A stretch of DNA of 32,766 bases from Alphaproteobacteria bacterium. Its GTDB lineage: Bacteria; Pseudomonadota; Alphaproteobacteria; Rickettsiales; UBA1997. The position numbers and the translations under genes are program-made. The DNA lies in the NCBI GenBank assembly GCA_046081665.1, contig JBJTWJ010000140.1, positions 1 to 32,766 of the forward strand, read 5' to 3'. The notes under the pieces were generated by a model. The model saw nothing but the letters and a program-made list of their open reading frames with translations. It was not told the DNA's origin and searched no databases. This document shows positions 9,712-19,222 of the stretch, piece by piece (positions within the stretch are counted from its first letter, which is position 1; every line of letters begins with the position of its first letter).

Positions 9712-11001
9712 TTATAACAACTCATTATTTAAAAAATCAAAAGCTGGATTATGGTGATTATTTATTAAATCAGACATTATCTTTGCAGAACCTAAGGCCA
9801 ATGTCCAGCCCAGTGAACCATGTCCGGTATTTAGAAAAAGATTGGGATATTTTTTTGAATTACAAATTAATGGAAGTGAATTTGGACGAAGTGGACGAAA
9901 CCCAGACCATTGAACACAACTGTCCATATCTCCATAGTTACTAAAGGTTGATAATAAATTATTTTTCAAAAATTTTATTGGTTTACTATATGAATTTTTA
10001 TGAGCATCTGTTGAGGCAAATTCAGCAACTCCACCAACCCTAAAAACATTGCCAATTCTACTATAAACTATTCTCTTCTCAACATCACTAAGACAGGTGG
10101 TTGGAGCAATATATTCTTCATTACATTTTATTGATAAACTATAGCCCTTAACAGGCAATATATCGGTATTTAATTTAATTCCTGTTAACAGTTTATTTGA
10201 AAGTGCACCAAGAGCATAAATATAAGCATCTGCAACATAAACATTATCAGTGGTGTTTATGCCAGTAATTTTTTGATGATTGGTTAAAAGATTTTTAACT
10301 TCGACATTATAATGAAATTCAACACCATATTTTTTGCTACATAATTTTGCTAAATTTTTTGTGAATAAGTAACTATCAGCACTAGCGTCATCAGGATAAA
10401 AAATTCCTCCAGCCAATTGTTTTTTATCAAGAAGTTTAACAAGATTAGCTTCATGTTCAATACATTGATTTGCAGAAAAAACAATAGGTCGATTTCCCGA
10501 TAATAAGTTGTATTGAATATTAAGAATATCTTTTTGGAATGCTACTTTACTGCGGTAAAAATGCAATATACCATTTTTTCGATAATTAAAATTTTTACCA
10601 TCAAGCCATGAACTATCTTTTTGCGATTCTTTTTCTAATAAAATTTTCATCAAATCTCTACTATAAACAGCTATCAAATAAAGGCTTTGGCTATTTAAAA
10701 CTGCTCTTTTGCGAGATGAATTTTGGTTGAACTTTATTAACCATTTTATAGTTTCCTTATCAAATTTTTTTAATGAGGCAAAAGATGTAGGGCTTAAGGT
10801 AGTTTTAACAAATTTTACAAATGATAAATCTTCAGCCCATGTCTTGGTATGAGAATAACTTAATTGTGCACCATTGGCATATGAGCAACCATAAGCTGAT
10901 TCACTGTTTTTTTCAAGAACACTAACCTCATGACCTTGACTAGCAAGATAATAAGCGGTTGAAACACCAATAACTCCTGCCCCTAAAACGATAATTTTCA
11001 T
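9712..11001 (-). CDS. dadA: FAD-dependent D-amino acid dehydrogenase (DadA-like, DAO family)
   Basis: KIIVLGAGVIG Rossmann motif, SYANGAQLS, PVKGYSL, WSGFRP..PNSLP, NTGHGSLGWT. ATG 11001 preferred over TTG 11004. Substrate cannot be determined. Confidence 0.82.
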   Translation of the reverse strand: MKIIVLGAGVIGVSTAYYLASQGHEVSVLEKNSESAYGCSYANGAQLSYSHTKTWAEDLSFVKFVKTTLSPTSFASLKKFDKETIKWLIKFNQNSSRKRAVLNSQSLYLIAVYSRDLMKILLEKESQKDSSWLDGKNFNYRKNGILHFYRSKVAFQKDILNIQYNLLSGNRPIVFSANQCIEHEANLVKLLDKKQLAGGIFYPDDASADSYLFTKNLAKLCSKKYGVEFHYNVEVKNLLTNHQKITGINTTDNVYVADAYIYALGALSNKLLTGIKLNTDILPVKGYSLSIKCNEEYIAPTTCLSDVEKRIVYSRIGNVFRVGGVAEFASTDAHKNSYSKPIKFLKNNLLSTFSNYGDMDSCVQWSGFRPLRPNSLPLICNSKKYPNLFLNTGHGSLGWTLALGSAKIMSDLINNHHNPAFDFLNNELL

Positions 11002-11059
11002 CAAATATAATTATTTAAGAGTTTAAAATATTTGTGGTAAAAATTTATTAAGCTATTTT

Positions 11060-11088
11060 ATTATTGATTAATCAAAATTTGTTGTCAA
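11060..11088 (-). promoter_or_regulatory. Candidate sigma70 promoter for dadA
   Basis: Minus strand TTGACA (11088-11083), 17 nt spacer, AATAAT (11065-11060), about 60 nt upstream of the start. AT-rich context lowers specificity. Confidence 0.4.
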
Positions 11089-11171
11089 TTAATCATAGCT
11101 TGATTAATTTTTCAAGTTAAAACATGCTAATTATTAAGCAAGTTTTTTTTATTAAAGAGCAAAGCCATAAC

Positions 11172-13931
11172 ATGCCTGATAATTCTAACAAAATATATAA
11201 CATCTCAAGTCAATATCATTTCCTTGGAACCCTTAAATCATGGCTCAAAGAAAATTTTAATATTGATAATAATCTTAATTTAATTCTACCAAGCAAAAGA
11301 GCTTGTTCAAACTTTAAAAAGTTGTTAGTTAATAGTAACTGTTATATCCTACCGAAAATTAATGCTATTTCAGATATTTGTCTTACTGATTTTAAAATCT
11401 TCAATGAACTTACAAATTATCAAGAAATATGTGATGAAATAGCTTCTGCTATAAAATTAGATCAAATCCAAGCTATGTTTATGGTTGGTGAAGAAATTGC
11501 TAAAGTAAATTTTTTTGGAAAATTATCTTTTGAGCATTCCTGTAAATTAGCTCTTAAATTCCAAGAAATTTTTGATGATATAGAATTTGAAGAAATTAAC
11601 CTTACTAGCATTAAAAATGTTGAAAATATTAACTTAGCACTTCATCAGCAGTTATCCTTGGATTTCATTAAAGATTTTTATTTTCAGATAAAAATGAAAA
11701 TGCTTCAGAATAATTTATATTTTGCATCATCTTATCAAAATTTTATCACTAACAAATATTGTTCTCTTTTAAATCAAGCACAATTAGATTTTCCGATAAT
11801 TATTGCTGGATCTACAGGAAGCATAAATTCAAGCAAAAATCTAATTAAAGCCATCACCAATCAAAAACAAGGATACGTAGTACTGCATAATTTTTATCAA
11901 GTAAATCATCACAAAAAAAATCATCCTCAATTTTTAAATAATCAATTATTAAATCATCTACAAATCAATGAAAAATCAATAAAGAATATTGAATATCAAG
12001 AACAAATGTTAAGTGATCATAATCGCTATGGTTTTTTACAAGAAACCATGAAAACTGATGATGAAAGTGATTCATGGCAAAATTTTAAAAAAAATCCTAA
12101 CCTCGATAAAATTATTGATGATTTAAAAGAAAATTTTTTATATTTTGAAGCTTTAAATCCAAATCATGAAGCAAGAATTATAACTCAAATAATCCAAGAT
12201 AATTTACATCACAATTACAAAATTGGCATCATTGACAATAATCCAATATTAAGCAAAAACATCGAAAATCTTTTAAATTTAATTAATGTTGAATATGTAG
12301 TCAGTCGCACTACTAGCTTAACTAACAACGACTTAATAATATTTTTAAACGATATAATTCTTATTAAAGAAACTGACTTTAATTCTGCTTTGTTTTTAAA
12401 TATTTTACGTAATAAATTTTGTAAATTTGCAGATGATTTTAAGCTTATAAATTTATTTGAAATAGAGGTTATAAGGCAAGAAAGAGAGTTACAGGGATTA
12501 AAAGGGATTTTAAAAAAATGTCAAAAAAATCCTCTTCTAGAAAATTTCATTGAAGAATTTTTAAGTTGTCTACCTAAAGACAAATCAATCACTTCCTTAA
12601 TTCTTAGCCTAGAAAGAATTAGTGGCAAAAAGTTCAATGAAATTACTATTGAAAGTAGAGCAGGAAAAGAGATTGTAGAGTTTTTTAACAAGCTTATTCA
12701 CTACAACTATAACTACAGCAATGCTAGTGAATTTAATTTTGTATGCTCGGCAATTAAATATCACAATAACATCAAAAATAGTGATCCAAAAATTCAAATT
12801 TTAAGCAATATTGAAGCTCGATTGATTAATTTTGATCTCATTATTATTTCTAGTCTAAATCAAGGAGATTTCCCTCAGATAACAGAAGATAATTGGCTTG
12901 GAAATAAAATATTATTCGATCTAGGTATCGATAGATCAACAAAAAAGATTAGCCAAAATGCTTTTGATTTTTTTAATTATTTAGGTAATAAAAAAGTTAT
13001 TCTGACCAGATCACTATCGAGTGGAAATAGTTTAAATATATCATCACCCTTTTTATTGAAAATTCTAACACTTCTAAAAAAAATTAACAATACATTTGAG
13101 TTAAAAAAAATTATTGAAGTTCAGAAAATCAATATCTCATCGTTTAAAATTAGTTATGCACAATATAAACCTGATTTAAAATTTCTTCCCGCAAAACTTT
13201 CTATTACAGAATTTTCTACTTTAATTAACGAACCATACTCAATTTATTTAAAAAAAATTCTTAAAATTAATGAATTAAAAAAAATTGATTATCAGCCAAG
13301 CTATTCAGAGTTTGGAAGTTTCGTTCATAAGGCATTGGAAATACATTTATTGCAAGAGAGTTTTAGTGATTTTAAAAAAATTTTCCATGAATATTTTATC
13401 AACAAAGAAGCTATTTATACTTGGTATGTTAGGTTTAATAAAATTTTTGAAAATTTTTTAAATCACAATAGTGAAGTCAATCAAATAAAAAACTATTGCG
13501 AATATAAAATTAACTTTAATTTTAATAATTTAAAAATTACTGGAAAAATTGATCGAGTTATTCTCGATAATAACAATAAATTATCAATCATTGATTATAA
13601 AACTGGTTTAATGCCATCTTCCAAATCGGTAATTTCTTGTACCGAACCGCAACTGACTTTATCAGCTATAGGATTGATTGAACAAGGATTTTGTTTGGTA
13701 TCACAAATTAATAATTTATTTTATTGGAAATTAAGTATTAACAGCAGTTTTGAACTAAGATCTATAACTAATAATGAAAGTAAATTTGAGCAATTAATTA
13801 TTGATACCTATAAAAATATTCAAGAAATTATTGATAAATATTTCGTCAATAACTCACCATTTTGTGCAACTAACGAATCAAAGAATTATTTTTACAACAA
13901 TCTAATGAGGTATGAAGAATGGAGCAAATAA
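11172..13931 (+). CDS. addB: AddB-like double-strand break repair subunit with C-terminal PD-(D/E)XK nuclease
   Basis: ILPSKRA, IIAGSTGS, IEARL..FDLIII, LNQGDFP, EPYSIYLKKIL, FGSFVHKALE, GKIDRV...IIDYKTG, end YNNLMRYEEW: the alphaproteobacterial AddB pattern. Start ATG 11172 or 11124. Confidence 0.85.
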   Translation: MPDNSNKIYNISSQYHFLGTLKSWLKENFNIDNNLNLILPSKRACSNFKKLLVNSNCYILPKINAISDICLTDFKIFNELTNYQEICDEIASAIKLDQIQAMFMVGEEIAKVNFFGKLSFEHSCKLALKFQEIFDDIEFEEINLTSIKNVENINLALHQQLSLDFIKDFYFQIKMKMLQNNLYFASSYQNFITNKYCSLLNQAQLDFPIIIAGSTGSINSSKNLIKAITNQKQGYVVLHNFYQVNHHKKNHPQFLNNQLLNHLQINEKSIKNIEYQEQMLSDHNRYGFLQETMKTDDESDSWQNFKKNPNLDKIIDDLKENFLYFEALNPNHEARIITQIIQDNLHHNYKIGIIDNNPILSKNIENLLNLINVEYVVSRTTSLTNNDLIIFLNDIILIKETDFNSALFLNILRNKFCKFADDFKLINLFEIEVIRQERELQGLKGILKKCQKNPLLENFIEEFLSCLPKDKSITSLILSLERISGKKFNEITIESRAGKEIVEFFNKLIHYNYNYSNASEFNFVCSAIKYHNNIKNSDPKIQILSNIEARLINFDLIIISSLNQGDFPQITEDNWLGNKILFDLGIDRSTKKISQNAFDFFNYLGNKKVILTRSLSSGNSLNISSPFLLKILTLLKKINNTFELKKIIEVQKINISSFKISYAQYKPDLKFLPAKLSITEFSTLINEPYSIYLKKILKINELKKIDYQPSYSEFGSFVHKALEIHLLQESFSDFKKIFHEYFINKEAIYTWYVRFNKIFENFLNHNSEVNQIKNYCEYKINFNFNNLKITGKIDRVILDNNNKLSIIDYKTGLMPSSKSVISCTEPQLTLSAIGLIEQGFCLVSQINNLFYWKLSINSSFELRSITNNESKFEQLIIDTYKNIQEIIDKYFVNNSPFCATNESKNYFYNNLMRYEEWSK

Positions 13932-14680
13932 CTCATCGATATCGTCTTGATATAGAATATGATGGAACAAATTACCATGGCTTTCAAAAACAAAAAGCTC
14001 TTGATATTCCTACAATCGAAGATTCGTTATTGCTTGCCCTAAATAAGCTAGGTTTTCATAATTGCGATATAACAGTTAGTGGAAGAACAGATGCAGGTGT
14101 TCATGCCTTATGCCAAACAATTCATATCGATCTTATTAAAAAATATTCACCATACCAAATTTTAACTGGTCTTAATCATCATTTAAGGCAAAATAATGAT
14201 AAAATTAGTATACTTCATTGCTATGAGGTAGATAATTATTTTAATGCCAGATTAAATGCCAAAATGCGTCATTATCGTTACATAATTATAAACCGAAAAT
14301 CACCGTTAACAATTGATATAAATCGAGCATGGCATATTTCTGAACAACTCAATATAGAAGATATGTCAAAGGCAAGTAAATTGCTTCTTGGTGAACATGA
14401 TTTTTCTTCATTTCGTGATTCAGATTGCCAAGCAAATTCTCCAATTAGAACTATCAATAAAATTTTTATTGATAAAATAGATAGTAAATTATTAATTAAT
14501 GTAAGTGCTAAATCATTTCTTCACCATATGGTCAGAAATATTGTTGGTACTCTAGTATATGTTGGAACTAGAAGATATGAAGTCGATTATATTACAGATA
14601 TTTTATCTACTAAAAATCGCAATAAATCAGGTCCTAACGCTCCAGCATGTGGTTTATATTTTTTAAAAACCGATTACTAG
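13919..14680 (+). CDS. truA: tRNA pseudouridine(38-40) synthase
   Basis: IEYDGTNYHGFQ, SGRTDAGVHA, GEHDFSSFR, SFLHHMVRNIVG, APACGLYF; overlaps the addB end by 13 nt. Confidence 0.97.
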   Translation: MEQITHRYRLDIEYDGTNYHGFQKQKALDIPTIEDSLLLALNKLGFHNCDITVSGRTDAGVHALCQTIHIDLIKKYSPYQILTGLNHHLRQNNDKISILHCYEVDNYFNARLNAKMRHYRYIIINRKSPLTIDINRAWHISEQLNIEDMSKASKLLLGEHDFSSFRDSDCQANSPIRTINKIFIDKIDSKLLINVSAKSFLHHMVRNIVGTLVYVGTRRYEVDYITDILSTKNRNKSGPNAPACGLYFLKTDY

Positions 14681-14714
14681 TTTAAATAATTAATCAAATT
14701 AATTTTTAATTTGC

Positions 14715-15590
14715 ATGAAAAAAACTTCGAAAGCATTTGCAGTTATTGAATTATCAATAATTATGATGGTTGTTGGAATATTACTATTAAACGAATCATC
14801 AGACAATAAATTAATAAGAAACATTAGAATTCTTTCAGCTCAAAATGTTACGAGAAGTTCGCCAATAAATTCGATGAGGGGATTATTTGCATGGTTCGAA
14901 ACATCATTGGAATCAAGTTTTCTAATTAACGAAAGATTAAATAATAATAATGTTTCAATCTGGGTTGATAACAATCCCTATTCATCATTTAAGAAAAATT
15001 TACTACAACTTCAAAAATCAGATGCAAAACCAAAATTTGACGAATCTGCAATCAATGGCATACCTGCTTTAAGATTCGATGGTATTGATGATTATATGTC
15101 GATTCCATCAATTAAGTTCAATTCTGAAAATCTAACTGTATTTATGGTAGGCAAAAGATCATCCTACTCTCATTATCAAGGTTCAATTTCAGGATTCAAT
15201 TCCGCAAATAGCGATGATTTAGCTAATGGATCATTAGTTGCTTTTTACGATCAAAATAGCTACACATCTATTGCTTCAGGAACTAATTATTCAAATGTTA
15301 AAGGTATTGGAGATAATAACCCATACATTCTTGCAACAATCTTTAACGGCAAAAAAAATGTAACATATATTAATGGCAATATTGGCACGAATTCGAAAGG
15401 TAATCCCATTTTTGATTTTAATAGAATATTCGTAGGAGCAAGATATAATATGAATCAAGCCGATAGTTTTTTTAACGGCTATATCGGTGAAATAATTATC
15501 TTCAATCGAGCTTTAAACAGCGAGGAAAGAAAATCTATCGAGTATTATTTGGCTAGAAAATTTTCAATCAAACTTGATTATTTATTTTAG
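14715..15590 (+). CDS. Prepilin-type N-terminal cleavage/methylation protein with C-terminal LamG/concanavalin A-like domain
   Basis: MKKTSKA|FAVIELSIIMMVVGILLL (basic leader, F+1, E+5, hydrophobic helix); GIPALRFDGIDDYM and FNGYIGEIIIFNRALNSEE are LamG-like signatures. Confidence 0.75.
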   Translation: MKKTSKAFAVIELSIIMMVVGILLLNESSDNKLIRNIRILSAQNVTRSSPINSMRGLFAWFETSLESSFLINERLNNNNVSIWVDNNPYSSFKKNLLQLQKSDAKPKFDESAINGIPALRFDGIDDYMSIPSIKFNSENLTVFMVGKRSSYSHYQGSISGFNSANSDDLANGSLVAFYDQNSYTSIASGTNYSNVKGIGDNNPYILATIFNGKKNVTYINGNIGTNSKGNPIFDFNRIFVGARYNMNQADSFFNGYIGEIIIFNRALNSEERKSIEYYLARKFSIKLDYLF

Positions 15591-15598
15591 TTTATTTA

Positions 15599-16657
15599 TT
15601 AATTACTGCAAAACTTTAGAAATTGTTTAAAAATATTATTATTAATATCAAAAAAATAATCCTTTGCAATATCAATATTCTGAAATATGTCAGTTAAATA
15701 ATTATAATTCTCATCAAAAGCATTGCCATAAATTAACGGATATTTATTTTTAGCAGAACCTACAGAACACAGGCTTAATAATATAGCAGACAAAGCAAGC
15801 CAATGATTAGAATCTGAACTTGCAACTCGGTATTCAATTCGATATTCATCATCTATTTTATAGTTAGGAATTCTAACTGCACAACTTCGATTATTAATAC
15901 CTACACTTAGATTTACTGGAGAATTATATTTGCCTTTGCTAAATAAATTTTTATTTACCTCCTTATGATATCGATAATAATCAAGTTCTGATGGTGCAAG
16001 GATAAAAAGGATATGATTGGTTTTATCTAATAAATTGGTATAGGTTAATTCTTGCAGTAATGGAGAATTTTTTAAAACATTATTACCATTTTGATCTACA
16101 TATGAAATGTTGAACTGCAATGAGCTTGGGCAATCATCTAAACTTGTAAATGCTTTAAAAATTAGTTTAAAGTTATGTTTTTTAGATAAAGCATTTAATT
16201 GTTTTTTTATTTTATCAAGATCGGTGCATAATTTTAGTAAATCTTGATATGGCAATGATGAATATTCAAGCTGATTGACCCCCTGCTCTTTTTTTATTTT
16301 ACCTAATGAAGAAATAATTGGATCGCTGTTACATTGCCAAATAAATTTCTCAATCGCAGATTCTTCTATAGCGGATTCATCTATAGCATATTGCCCTATT
16401 GCATCTCTTTGATATTTTGCCGTGGCAAATTGGTCTGCACTAAGTTTTAATCGGTCATGCTGGATAATGGGTGTATAATGGTGTTTTTTCTTAAATTTTT
16501 CAGAAGAAGTTAAATAAAATTCTAATTCTATTCCAACTTTAATATCAAATACAGCAAAATTATTTCTAAAATAATCTTTGGCATATCGGTATGAAAAATT
16601 AGCAATTTGACGTTTATTTTTAGAAAAATTATTTAGATAAAAATCAAACTTACTCAA
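15599..16657 (-). CDS. Glutamine synthetase-like protein, catalytic domain only, divergent
   Basis: VGIELEFYL, KEQGVNQLE, NNRSCAVRIP, RIEYR; no N-terminal beta-grasp domain; the GSGMHxH motif reads PSSLQFN. TTG start 2 nt after the trxA stop. Confidence 0.8.
   Translation of the reverse strand: MSKFDFYLNNFSKNKRQIANFSYRYAKDYFRNNFAVFDIKVGIELEFYLTSSEKFKKKHHYTPIIQHDRLKLSADQFATAKYQRDAIGQYAIDESAIEESAIEKFIWQCNSDPIISSLGKIKKEQGVNQLEYSSLPYQDLLKLCTDLDKIKKQLNALSKKHNFKLIFKAFTSLDDCPSSLQFNISYVDQNGNNVLKNSPLLQELTYTNLLDKTNHILFILAPSELDYYRYHKEVNKNLFSKGKYNSPVNLSVGINNRSCAVRIPNYKIDDEYRIEYRVASSDSNHWLALSAILLSLCSVGSAKNKYPLIYGNAFDENYNYLTDIFQNIDIAKDYFFDINNNIFKQFLKFCSN
16346..16405 (-). repeat. In-frame 4 x 15 bp imperfect tandem repeat (DAIGQ-YAIDE-SAIEE-SAIEK)
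   Basis: Plus-strand units tttctcaatcgcaga / ttcttctatagcgga / ttcatctatagcata / ttgccctattgcatc. Confidence 0.75.
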
Positions 16658-16659
16658 AT

Positions 16660-16983
16660 TTATAACGCTAATGTTTTTTTAACCCATTCTATTAAAGCAG
16701 GCTTTGGAAGTGCTCCTACTTTGCTATCAGCTAACTTTCCATCTTTGAAAATCATCAGCGATGGAATTCCTCTAACCATTAATTTAGATGGAGTTTCTGG
16801 ATTATCATCGACATTGCATTTGATAACAGTTACTTGATTTTGCATTTCATTAGCAATTTGTTCAAGGGTTGGTGATAACTGTTTACATGGTCCACACCAG
16901 TCTGCATAAAAGTCAAGAAGAACTGGTGTTTTTGAATTGATAACATCACTTTCAAATGTTTTGTCCGAGGTATGTTTAATCAT
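16660..16983 (-). CDS. trxA: Thioredoxin
   Basis: LDFYADWCGPCK, VRGIPSLMIFKDG, 107 aa. Confidence 0.98.
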   Translation of the reverse strand: MIKHTSDKTFESDVINSKTPVLLDFYADWCGPCKQLSPTLEQIANEMQNQVTVIKCNVDDNPETPSKLMVRGIPSLMIFKDGKLADSKVGALPKPALIEWVKKTLAL

Positions 16984-17025
16984 AAAATAAATTTAAAGGG
17001 TTAATATTACCTTGTAAATTTAACC

Positions 17026-19222
17026 CTACAAATTTTTAAATGAAAGATTTAAATTAAAAGTTTTTTGAGGTTTAGTTAAATTACTTGGATTATTTTCAGA
17101 AATAGAGAAACTAAAGATGGTACAACAGCCATTTCTGGTGAATATCAATCCTCTTTGCAGAGTTCTTTTAAGGGCTAAATCATGATTTGCGAATATTTTA
17201 ATTTGCCATTCTTTGTCAATTTTTATTCCAGCTGTAAAATTAAATTGCTCTTTTTTTTGGGGATTTTGTAAAGTTTTTTTAATTAATAAATAATCACTAA
17301 TAAAGTTAAATTTTTTAAAATCAAGCGCTGTTGTTAACTGGTTAACTTCGTTATTGTAATTTGATTCATTTAGTTGAAATAAATATGATAAACTCAAATA
17401 TTTTTTAGCTCTGTAAATCGCTTTACCAACTATGTTTGATTTGTTATTATCGGCAAAACCTCTAATTTCAATATCTTGTTTACCATCACTAATTCTATGA
17501 CTTTGACCTGCAAATAAACCAAACTCTCCAAACTTGTTAAAAAAAGCTGTTTTAATACCATAGCTAAATCTTTCACCAATTTCATTACGATCATTTCCAG
17601 AGAATCGATCAGCGATAAAAAGATTGCTATATGATAATTCACCATTATTACTCTCTTCATTTGGCAATTTATTAAAATTTTTTTTGTATTCACTTGAAAC
17701 AATCGTAAACATTGGTTCAAGCATTAAGGCATTGGTTTTTGATTTACGAATCATTGGCAATCGCCAATTAAATAAATATTCAGTTTTGTAGTTAGATGTA
17801 AAGTTTTTATATTGATTATTACTAGCATTTATTTGTTTGTAATTATTTTCTAATGAATATAAATCATTTTGAATTCTTGCAGATATTTCAAATAAATTAC
17901 CTTTGATATTAAATGGAATTTTTGCTTGAGGAGAAATGGTTAATCGGCGATATTGCAAACCTTCTTCTCTTTGCAATGCTACAAAATCTGAATTTAAGAT
18001 AAATTTTTCTTTAAAAAAATATGGCTTTGATTCAATATTTGCAATTATTTGTGGTAAAATAAACGGTACTGATTTTTCAAGATTTTTCTTTTCTAACTCT
18101 TGAAATCTAAGAGTCTTAATCGCAAAATAATCTCGACCTTTGATGTAATCAAAATTAATTTTAGATGAAGTAAATGCTGAATAATTAAAGTGATAATCTC
18201 TTTGATAATCGCGATCTGAAATAGTATTTAAATCAAAATCAGCACCAAGATTTTGGTTAAAATTAAAATCACCTTTACCCTGAATTTGCCATCTATATTT
18301 TTGATCTGTTCTGTTAATAATTACTGTATCGACACTGTTAACAACCTTGTTATTTGCAATCTCTAGATTTAAATTATATTTACCAAATTTTGAATAATGA
18401 CGAAATGCATTCTCCAATAAAAACTGATTATTTCCAGCATATATTAATGGAGTAAAGGTTAAATCTGCACTATCTGAAATTGGATAGAAATATGGAATTC
18501 TTATTCCAAATCCTAAATTTGAATTTCTAACGTAAGATAAAGACAATAAACCAGATTCCCTTTTTTTTGCAGGCAAGGGAGTACTAAGATATGGCAAATA
18601 AATTAATGGAACATTCAATATTCTAAAAACACCATGACTTGTTTTAAGGGTTTGTTTATCTCGATCAATTTTAGTTTTTCGTGAGAGAATAGAAGCAAAA
18701 TCAATTTTTTTACCAGCTAATCTATAATCATTTACAAGCTCTTCATTGGGACAGAATGAAAAAACTGTGTTATAAAACGAGGTTACGCTTTCAGATTCGC
18801 GATCAATTTTTTTTGAGTAAAGATAAGATCCGTCATTAAAAAACATTTTACTATCAAAAAAACTGCCTTTACTAAAATCATCCTTAAATTCAGCTCGATT
18901 ACCATAGACATTTCCAATTTCTAGATTTTTAATTTTTAAATTTCCAATGGCATTTATTAATTTGCTATTTTTATCATAAGTTATTTGATCAGCATAAAGC
19001 TTAGTATTTCCCTTGCTAACTTCAACATCGCCAGTGGCAATTAATAATTTTTTTTCATTATCACCTTTAACTATTTTAGCTTTTAACACTGTAGGTAAAT
19101 TATTATCAGGAGTCTTGAATGAAGGGATTGCAAAAGCATTAAGTGAAATTAAAGAACAAATAAAGACAGCACAAAGTAATAATAAACTAACATTATAAAT
19201 TTTTTTTTTTAAAAAAAAACAT
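17026..19222 (-). CDS. lptD: LPS-assembly protein LptD; 5' end frameshifted by 1 nt in a homopolymer as written
   Basis: OstA-like N-domain (ATGDVEV..LYADQITYD), FSFC, KRESGLL, GFGIRIPYF, LEP, PNEES, NLF..DRFSGNDR, late GCC, terminal FNLNLSFKNL. The frame stays open upstream of GTG 19089 through a signal peptide to 19221, but the ATG at 19222 is 1 nt out of frame. Confidence 0.9.
19200..19219. repeat. Homopolymer tract T11A9 (T9A11 on the lptD coding strand)
   Basis: 19200-19210 all t, 19211-19219 all a, directly after the ATG (19222-19220) on the minus strand. Confidence 0.95.

Noticed and set aside
13200-13931. PD-(D/E)XK nuclease as Cas4 or a defence nuclease
   Set aside because: It is the C-terminus of a long AddB-pattern protein, lacks the Cas4 four-Cys cluster, and no CRISPR array or cas genes are visible.
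16416-16429. Palindrome tttgcc-gt-ggcaaa as a Rickettsia palindromic element
   Set aside because: Only a 6-bp stem; I saw no extended hairpin or second copy in the window.
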